From an uncultured delta proteobacterium (GTDB taxonomy: Bacteria > Myxococcota > Myxococcia > Myxococcales > Anaeromyxobacteraceae), in NCBI GenBank assembly GCA_963766715.1, contig CAVYBH010000011.1, positions 128,001 through 192,000 of the forward strand: a stretch of DNA of 64,000 bases, written 5' to 3'. Below are positions 57,677 through 64,000 of the stretch, piece after piece. The position numbers and the translations under genes are program-made. Each line of letters begins with the position of its first letter. Position 1 is the stretch's first letter. Under the pieces are notes generated by a model, which saw nothing but the letters and a program-made list of their open reading frames with translations, ran no database searches and was not told where the DNA came from.

Positions 57677-58590
57677 CGCGCGGCCTCGGCCAGGAACCGC
57701 TCCACCGCCGGGAAGAACACGTCCGGGTTCTCGCAGAACGGCCAGTGCCCGGCGCCGGGAACCGCGAGCATCTGCCCCTCCGAGAGCCCGGCCAGCCACT
57801 CCCGCTCCACCTCGGGCGGGCCCCGGTCGGTCTCGCCCCAGACGAGCAGCACCGGGACGTCGAGGGAGGGCAGCCGAGGCCGCCAGTCCCAGTCGCCGAG
57901 CGACGGGTAGACCCGGTCCAGCCAGTCCGGGATCCAGCGCTCGGGGAACTCGTTGGGCAGGTCGCAGGCGTCGAGCGGGACGAGGTCCACGTTCTCCTTG
58001 CGGGCCACCTGCTGGGGCAGGAGGTAGTGGCGCATCCACTCCCGGGCGTAGCTGCGGGGGTCGGTGCGGTGGACCTTGCCGGCGCGGAGCGCGCCGAGCC
58101 GGGTCGAGCCCGGGGGCCGGATCATCTCGCCCAGGCTGGGCATCTCGGACTCGTGCCAGGGACGGCGGCGCGCCGCGAACGAACCCACCAGCACCAGCGC
58201 GCCCACCGCGCGCGGGTGATCGAGGGCATGGAGCAGCGCGACGGCGGAGGCGTAGGAGTGGCCGATCACCGCCGGGCGCTCCAGCCCCAGGTGGCGCCTC
58301 ACCGCCTCGAGATCGGACACGTCGAACGAGACCCCGAGGCGCGTCTTGTCCTCGACCGGGGAGGAGAGGCCGCGGTTTCGCAGGTCGTAGGAGACGATCC
58401 GGCGCCCCGGCGCGAGCGGCGAGAGCGGCCCCGCCACCCAGCATCCGTTGGGCACGACGATCGCCGGCCCGGCGGTTCCCCGGACCGAGTAGTGGATCCG
58501 GACGCCCGGCTCGACCTCGAGAAATCCCTGCTCCAGCAACGCGAACGCCTCCAGGGGCGCTACCGTACCCAATCTCGGGAGGATAGGCAC
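57673..58590 (-). CDS. alpha/beta-fold hydrolase
   Basis: YDLRNRGLS, GHSYA nucleophile elbow, LLVWGETD, GAGHWP. Confidence 0.88.
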   Translation of the reverse strand: MPILPRLGTVAPLEAFALLEQGFLEVEPGVRIHYSVRGTAGPAIVVPNGCWVAGPLSPLAPGRRIVSYDLRNRGLSSPVEDKTRLGVSFDVSDLEAVRRHLGLERPAVIGHSYASAVALLHALDHPRAVGALVLVGSFAARRRPWHESEMPSLGEMIRPPGSTRLGALRAGKVHRTDPRSYAREWMRHYLLPQQVARKENVDLVPLDACDLPNEFPERWIPDWLDRVYPSLGDWDWRPRLPSLDVPVLLVWGETDRGPPEVEREWLAGLSEGQMLAVPGAGHWPFCENPDVFFPAVERFLAEAAR

Positions 58591-58619
58591 GGTCGCGTCG
58601 GGGTAACCTCCGGGTATCC

Positions 58620-58649
58620 TTGACAGGATAGGGGGGGCGATCGTATAGA
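58620..58649 (+). promoter_or_regulatory. sigma70-type promoter of rplU operon
   Basis: TTGACA at 58620 and TATAGA at 58644; the 18-nt spacer contains a G run that may be overcalled. Confidence 0.55.
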
Positions 58650-58744
58650 ACCGCCCTTCCGGAAGCCCGGCCCCGTCTGCGCGAGTTCGCGCCGGGGGAG
58701 AAGCCCGAGAGCATTCCGAAGTTTATTCGCGAAGGAGCGTCTCG

Positions 58745-59051
58745 ATGTACGCGGTGATCCAGACCGGTGGGAAGCAGTATCGCGTCTCCAAGGGCGACAA
58801 GCTCCGCGTGGAGCTGCTCGAGGGAGAGGTGGGGAAGAAGCTGGCCTTCGAGCCGCTGCTCGTCGGCGGCGAGGGCGAGGCCAAGGTGGGCAAGCCCACG
58901 GTGGCCGGAGCGGCCGTCGAGGGCGAGATCGTCGCCCACGGGCCGGCACGCCAAGGTGATCCACTTCCGCAAGAAGAAGGAAGGCTGGACCAAGAAGCGC
59001 GGCCACCGCCAGCCGTACACCGAGCTCGTCATCACCGCGGTCCGCGGCTAG
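58745..59051 (+). CDS. rplU: 50S ribosomal protein L21 (frameshift near 58940)
   Basis: [14 protein letters not shown]..; second frame [20 protein letters not shown]. Confidence 0.96.
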
Positions 59052-59076
59052 TCCGCGCCAGGAAAGGAACCAAGTC

Positions 59077-59334
59077 ATGGCACACAAAAAGGGACAAGGC
59101 TCCAGCCGCAACGGCCGCGACTCCGCCGGGCAGCGCCGCGGCGTGAAGATCTACGGCTCCGAGAGCGTGGTCGCCGGCAACATCCTGGTCCGCCAGGTCG
59201 GCACCCTCTTCCACCCCGGGCAGAACGTCGGGATGGGCAAGGACTACACCCTCTTCGCCAAGATCGACGGCGAGGTGAAGTACTCGAAGACCCGCGGCGA
59301 CCGCCGCGTCGTCAACGTGCTGCCGAAGGCCTGA
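59077..59334 (+). CDS. rpmA: 50S ribosomal protein L27
   Basis: [31 protein letters not shown]. Confidence 0.98.
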   Translation: MAHKKGQGSSRNGRDSAGQRRGVKIYGSESVVAGNILVRQVGTLFHPGQNVGMGKDYTLFAKIDGEVKYSKTRGDRRVVNVLPKA

Positions 59335-59407
59335 GACAGGGCCCGCACCGGCCGTCGCGAGCGCCGCGGAGCCCAGGGCCCGCGGCGTTCGTCGTATGGG
59401 AGGCCAC

Positions 59408-60478
59408 GTGAAGTTCGTCGACGAGGTCCGGATCAAGGTGGAGAGCGGGGCCGGCGGCGACGGCGCCGTGGCGTGGCGCCGCGAGAAGTTCATCCCCCGC
59501 GGCGGTCCGGCCGGCGGCGACGGTGGCTGGGGCGGCGACGTGGTCCTGGTCGTCGACCCGCAGATGGCCACGCTGCTCGACTACCGGTACGTCCGCGAGC
59601 ACAAGGCGAAGAGCGGGGAGCACGGCCGCGGCTCCGACCAGAACGGTCTCTCCCAGCCGGCCCTCGAGCTGAAGGTCCCCCCCGGGACGCTGGTGAAGGA
59701 CGCCGGCACCGGCGAGGTCCTCGCCGACATGGGCGACGCCTGCCCGCGCTTCGTGGTCGCGAAGGGCGGCCGCGGCGGCCTGGGCAACATGAACTTCGCC
59801 ACGGCCACCAACCAGGCGCCGCGCTTCGCGAAGAGCGGCAAGCCGGGCGAGGCGCGCGAGCTCCAGCTCGAGCTGAAGCTGCTCGCCGACGTGGGCATCG
59901 TCGGCTACCCCAACGCCGGCAAGTCCACCCTGATCAGCCGCATCTCCCGGGCCCGTCCCAAGATCGCCGACTACCCGTTCACCACGCTGACGCCGAACCT
60001 GGGCGTGGTGGGCTGGCGCGGCAAGAGCTTCGTGGTGGCCGACGTCCCCGGGCTGATCGAGGGCGCCCACGCCGGGGCCGGCCTCGGGCACCAGTTCCTC
60101 CGGCACCTCGAGCGCACCAAGGTCCTCGTGCACCTGGTCGACCCGCTGGCGCCCGGGGAGGGCCGCGGGCCCCGCGCCGACCTCGACGCCATCGACCGCG
60201 AGCTCGCGCTCTACTCGCCCGAGCTGGCCAGGAAGCCCCAGGTCATCGCGGTGACCAAGATGGACGTCCCCGAGGCGCACGAGAAGCTCGAGGCGCTGCG
60301 GAAGAGCTTCGCGCGCCGCAAGAAGAAGCCCCAGATCCTGGGCATCTCGGCGGTGACCGGCGAGGGGATGGACCCGCTGCTCGACGCGGTGGCGCAGGCG
60401 CTCCGCGGCGAGGAGCCGGGCAAGGAGCGGATGTCGAAGAAGAAGGTCGGCAAGCCGCGGAAGACGACGGCGCGGTGA
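59408..60478 (+). CDS. obgE: GTPase ObgE/CgtA
   Basis: KFVDEV, RREKFIPRGGPAGGDGG, LELKLLADVG..PNAGKST, PKIADYPFTT, DVPGLIEGA, TKMD. Confidence 0.97.
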   Translation: MKFVDEVRIKVESGAGGDGAVAWRREKFIPRGGPAGGDGGWGGDVVLVVDPQMATLLDYRYVREHKAKSGEHGRGSDQNGLSQPALELKVPPGTLVKDAGTGEVLADMGDACPRFVVAKGGRGGLGNMNFATATNQAPRFAKSGKPGEARELQLELKLLADVGIVGYPNAGKSTLISRISRARPKIADYPFTTLTPNLGVVGWRGKSFVVADVPGLIEGAHAGAGLGHQFLRHLERTKVLVHLVDPLAPGEGRGPRADLDAIDRELALYSPELARKPQVIAVTKMDVPEAHEKLEALRKSFARRKKKPQILGISAVTGEGMDPLLDAVAQALRGEEPGKERMSKKKVGKPRKTTAR

Positions 60479-61131
60479 GCGACTACCTCCTCCCGGAGCG
60501 CAAGGCGCGCATCGACGAGGTGGTCTCGCGCCGGACCCGCACCCTGGTCGTGGTGATGGAGGCGTTCTGCGATCCGCAGAACGTGAACGCCGTCCTGCGC
60601 ACCTGCGACTCCTTCGGCGTGCAGGAGGTCCACGTCGTCGAGGGGCCCATGAAGGGCTTCGACCGGAACAAGAAGATCTCGCAGAACGCCGACAAGTGGC
60701 TCGACGTGACCCGCTGGACGTCCACGCGCGAATGCCTCGCCGCGCTGAAGGAGCGGGGCTTCGCGATCTACGTGACCTGGCTGGGCGAGGGGACGGTGGG
60801 GCTCGCCGACCTCGACTTCGCCGGGCCGGTGGCGCTGGTCTTCGGGAACGAGAGCCGCGGCGTCTCCGACGACGCGCTGGCGCTCGCCGACGCCCGGTAC
60901 GCCATCCCCATGCGCGGCTTCTCCCAGTCGCTCAACGTGTCGGTGGCGGCCGCGGTCAGCCTGGCGCGCGCCGTGGACCGGCGCGAGGCGCAGCGGGGGA
61001 CCCACGGCGACCTGCCCGAGGTCGAGGCGGACGCGCTGCGCGAGCGGTTCTACGTGCTGGCCGTGAAGCAGCGCTCCCGCATCGCCAAGGCCGAGGCGGT
61101 CGCCGATCGCCGGTCGCGCCAGCGGCGCTGA
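60475..61131 (+). CDS. TrmH/SpoU family tRNA methyltransferase
   Basis: DPQNVNAVLRTCDSFG, LVFGNESRGVS, IPMRGFSQSLNVSVA. Confidence 0.92.
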   Translation: MSDYLLPERKARIDEVVSRRTRTLVVVMEAFCDPQNVNAVLRTCDSFGVQEVHVVEGPMKGFDRNKKISQNADKWLDVTRWTSTRECLAALKERGFAIYVTWLGEGTVGLADLDFAGPVALVFGNESRGVSDDALALADARYAIPMRGFSQSLNVSVAAAVSLARAVDRREAQRGTHGDLPEVEADALRERFYVLAVKQRSRIAKAEAVADRRSRQRR

Positions 61132-61168
61132 TCGCGGCTTTCCCGCTCGAAACCCCCGTCGACGGGGC

Positions 61169-61195
61169 CGGATCCCGCCTTTCGGGCGGGGTCCG
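61169..61195 (+). terminator. hairpin after TrmH gene
   Basis: CGGATCCCGCC-tttcg-GGCGGGGTCCG stem-loop. Confidence 0.5.
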
Positions 61196-61237
61196 TCCGG
61201 GCCCGGGGATTCCCCTTGTCGGGCCGATGTCGGCCAT

Positions 61238-61256
61238 GATAATAGGAATCGTTATC
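61238..61256. promoter_or_regulatory. Fur-box-like operator
   Basis: GATAATAGGAATCGTTATC matches 15/19 positions of the Fur consensus GATAATGATAATCATTATC; conspicuous AT-rich island 62 bp upstream of the porin start. Confidence 0.7.
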
Positions 61257-61318
61257 AAGATGACGGAGAGGCCGGAGTGGTCCGCATGGCGCGGGCCCCG
61301 CGCCTCCCGGTGGATTCC

Positions 61319-62648
61319 ATGACCCGACACCTCGCGCTCTCCCTCCTGGCGGCCATCTCCCTTCCCGCGCTCGCGCAGGAGACCCCGGCGGTCCCCTCCG
61401 CCCCCACCTCGACGCCGGCCGCACAGGCTCCCGCGCGGCAGCCGCGCAGACGCCCCCGCCACCCCTGCCGCCGCGGACGACCGCCCGGTCACGCAGGCCG
61501 ACCTGAAGGCCCTGACCGAGGAGGTCCGCCGGCTCAAGCTCGAGCTCTCCGTCCCCGACGTGATCCAGTTCGGCTCCTACTCCGGGGCCGGCGTGGGCGC
61601 GTCCCGGGCCCACTTCCAGCCGAAGGGGCTCTCCATCGGCGGCTACGGCGAGGTCGTCTACACGAACTACGCCGACAACCGCGCCGACTTCGCCGAGGTG
61701 CTGCGGCTCGTCCTGTACGTGGGCTACCGCTTCAACGAGATGATCGTCTTCAACTCCGAGATCGAGTTCGAGCACGGAGCGAAGGAGATCGGCATCGAGA
61801 TGGCCTACTTCGACTTCATGTTCACCGACGCCATCAAGCTCCGGGTGGGCAACGTGCTCGTGCCGGTGGGCTTCCTGAACGAGAACCACGAGCCCATCTT
61901 CTTCTACGGCGTCTACCGGCCGCTGGTGGACCGCTACATCATCCCCACCACCTGGAACAACATCGGCGGCGGGCTCTACGGCGAGTTCGGCCCGCTCCGC
62001 TACAAGGCCTACCTGATCGCCGGCCTCGACGTGTTCGGCGACGAGGCGCTCGAGGCGGCCTCCTGGGTCCGCAACGGGCGCCAGGGCGAGTTCGGCAAGG
62101 CGAAGACCTGGGCCGGCGTGGCCAACGTGAACGTGGACGTCGGGCCGGCCACCTTCGGCGGCAGCTTCTACGGCGGCAACGCGGGGCAGGGCTACACCAC
62201 CGACCTCGGCGTGAAGGTCTCCCCCACCGTCCTCCTCGGCGAGATCCACGGCCTCGTGGCCTGGAAGGGGCTCACGGCCCGGGCCCTCATGTCCTGGGGC
62301 TCGCTCTCCCAGTCAGGCCAGGTCTCCGAGATCCTGGGCAAGGCCCCGGAGGCCTACATCGGCAGCCGCGCCTGGGGCGGCTACGTCGAGGCGGGGTACG
62401 ACGTCCTGACCCTCGTCGGGTCGTCGATGTCGCTCTCCCCCTTCCTGCGCTTCGAGGCCCTGAATCCCCAGGCGGCCGTCGAGGGGGCGGGCGTGCTCGA
62501 CCCCAGCCTGAACCAGCGGGTGATCACCACCGGCATCGACTTCAAGCCCATCCCCCAGGTGGTGGTGAAGGCCGACTGGCAGCAGATCACCAGCCAGGGT
62601 CCGGCCACGCTTCGTCAGTGGGACCTGGGCATCGGGTTCGTGTACTAG
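61319..62648 (+). CDS. outer-membrane porin-like beta-barrel with N-terminal coiled coil (frameshift near 61440)
   Basis: Signal MTRHLALSLLAAISLPALAQ; QADLKALTEEVRRLKLE; SIGGYGE, RLVLYVGYRFN..FNSEIEFEH, PVGFLNENHEP, IIPTTW; C-terminal aromatic LGIGFVY. Confidence 0.8.
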
Positions 62649-62655
62649 GAACGAC

Positions 62656-63210
62656 ATGCGAACCGGTCTCGCGATGGCCGCGGCAGTCGGGATGCTCTGG
62701 GCGTCGGTCGGACGCGCCCAGGCTCCCGCCGCCGCGCCGGGTGGCCCCGACGTGCTGCGCTCCGTCTTCCCCGAGGCGGAGCGCTTCGACTCGGACGACG
62801 TGCTGCTCACGCCGGAGATGGCGAAGCGGCTCGACGACCTGGCCCGCTCCCACATCCCGGAGCGGATGGTCACGTTCTACACGGCGCGGCGCGGCCCCGC
62901 GGTGCTGGGCTACGCGGTCCTCCAGTCCCACGTGGTCCGGACCAAGCGGGAGACGTTGCTCGTGGCCTTCGAGCCGGACGGGCGCCTGAAGCGGATCGTG
63001 GTGGTCGCCTTCCTGGAGCCCCCCGAGTACAAGCCCTCCGAGCGCTGGCTCGCCCAGTTCGCCGGGAAGGGGCCGGCCGATCGGCTGGCGGTCGGCGACG
63101 ACCTGGCCTTCATCTCCGGCTCGACGCTCTCGGCGCGCGGCGTCGCCGAGCAGTCGCGCTGGCTCCTCCAGGCGCTCCGGATGGCCCGGGAGGCGGGGAA
63201 GGTCCGATGA
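62656..63210 (+). CDS. exported FMN-binding domain protein (RnfG/NqrC-like FMN_bind)
   Basis: Signal peptide; FLEPPEYKP..WLAQFAGK..DLAFISGSTLSARGV, where SGST resembles the [S/T]GA[S/T] flavinylation motif. Confidence 0.78.
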   Translation: MRTGLAMAAAVGMLWASVGRAQAPAAAPGGPDVLRSVFPEAERFDSDDVLLTPEMAKRLDDLARSHIPERMVTFYTARRGPAVLGYAVLQSHVVRTKRETLLVAFEPDGRLKRIVVVAFLEPPEYKPSERWLAQFAGKGPADRLAVGDDLAFISGSTLSARGVAEQSRWLLQALRMAREAGKVR

Positions 63211-63695
63211 GGTTCCTCGTCCAGCCGGCGCCGGAAGCCCTGGAGCGGGCGCGCCCGCCGGTGAGGGCCTTCCTCGGCTTCACCGCGCTGCTCCTGCTCG
63301 CCTGGGTGGCCTCGCGCGCTGCGCACGGGGCGCTCACGCCGTCGGGACTGGAGCGGATCCTGGAGCCGGCGCCGGGAGAGACCCTCGGGCCGGTGGCGCT
63401 CTGGGAGGAGGTCCACCAGGGCGCCTTCCTCTACGGGTTCCTCCTGCTCGCCGTGGGCTCGCTGCTCGCGGTCTGCCCGGTCTCCCGCGCCGTTCGCGGC
63501 GCCCTGCTCGGCGTGGCGACGGCGGCGGCGCTCGTCGACCTGGGCGCGCCCTTCCTGCCGCTCGCCGTTCCCGGCTTCCCGGGCTGGGCCGCGCTTCGCA
63601 TCGGCGCCTTCCTCGTCGCGGTGGGCGCGCTGCTCGCCATGACCGGGCTCTGCTGGGCCAGGTTCGGCCGGGAAGCGCGGGTGTCCGGTGGTTGA
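63207..63695 (+). CDS. 4-TM membrane protein
   Basis: Hydrophobic helices; LTPSGL..LWEEVHQGAFLYGF; ATGA overlap with the FMN-binding gene. Confidence 0.72.
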   Translation: MRFLVQPAPEALERARPPVRAFLGFTALLLLAWVASRAAHGALTPSGLERILEPAPGETLGPVALWEEVHQGAFLYGFLLLAVGSLLAVCPVSRAVRGALLGVATAAALVDLGAPFLPLAVPGFPGWAALRIGAFLVAVGALLAMTGLCWARFGREARVSGG

Positions 63696-64000
63696 TCCGC
63701 GCATCGGCCGCTTCTCCGGCCCCATCGCGTCCTTCGTGGCCATGGTGGCGGTGGTGATGGGCACGGCCGCCGTGCTCTTCGCCCGGAAGATCGGCTTCGA
63801 CCCCGCGCACGTGCAGGCCTTCTACCTGGGATCCGAGGCCACCTTCGCGCCCCCGCGCTCGCTGGCCGGATTGCTGGAGGTGGCGGTTCCCCACCTCCTC
63901 GCCATCCCGATGCTCGTCTTCGTGACCCTGCACCTGGTGGCCTTCGTGAACCGGGCGCGGCGGCGCCCGTTCGCGATCGTGGCCGGGATCACCTCCGCCT
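63688..64000 (+). CDS. membrane protein, paralogue of the preceding gene (truncated by window end; absent from the ORF track)
   Basis: GTG 63688: VDPRIGRFSGPIASFVAMVAVVMGTAAVLFARKIGFDPAHVQAFYLGSEATFAPPRSLAGLLEVAVPHLLAIPMLVFVTLHLVAF..., open to the end. Confidence 0.72.
   Translation, partial: MVDPRIGRFSGPIASFVAMVAVVMGTAAVLFARKIGFDPAHVQAFYLGSEATFAPPRSLAGLLEVAVPHLLAIPMLVFVTLHLVAFVNRARRRPFAIVAGITSA

Noticed and set aside
58650..58744. Ribosomal-protein autoregulatory leader upstream of rplU
   Set aside because: A leader of about 90 nt exists, but I cannot support a specific conserved structure by eye
58745..59051. Programmed frameshift or pseudogene in rplU
   Set aside because: No slippery heptamer; same homopolymer indel pattern as the rest of the window

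Overview
64-kb, very GC-rich chromosomal segment from a myxobacterium, most likely Anaeromyxobacter-like. This is inferred from gene content: a PilZ-REC protein, a zinc-ribbon/GYF/TPR protein and split nuo genes. It is mostly core or semi-core genome: pyk, mpg, a TolC-TetR-MFP-RND efflux operon, an RlmN-like radical SAM enzyme, an ECF sigma/anti-sigma/DUF3106 operon, PiT/DUF47, AlaX, paired PAP2 genes, an SF1 helicase, purF, HU, nuoEFJK, gpsA, beta-carbonic anhydrase, plsY, ftsK, gatCAB, mtnA, a KirBac channel, and rplU-rpmA-obgE-TrmH. More than 20 genes carry single-base frameshifts, including rplU, gatB and gpsA. The ones I resolved lie in homopolymers, which points to long-read consensus errors rather than pseudogenes. 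I found no rRNA, tRNA, CRISPR array, transposase or integrase. The best candidates for uncharacterised biology are five. (1) A Fur-box-preceded operon at the right edge encodes a porin, an exported FMN-binding (flavinylation-motif) protein and two paralogous His-containing membrane proteins, possibly an extracytoplasmic iron-reduction/uptake module. (2) An ECF operon ends in a small secreted protein that appears to mimic the anti-sigma tail. (3) A HipA-like kinase/DUF3037 pair may be a toxin-antitoxin or defence module. (4) A 400-bp intergenic array of GCGACG-closed hairpins. (5) A secreted Zn-phospholipase-C/nuclease-like enzyme fused to a beta-barrel-like region. All family assignments come from motif recognition by eye, not database searches.
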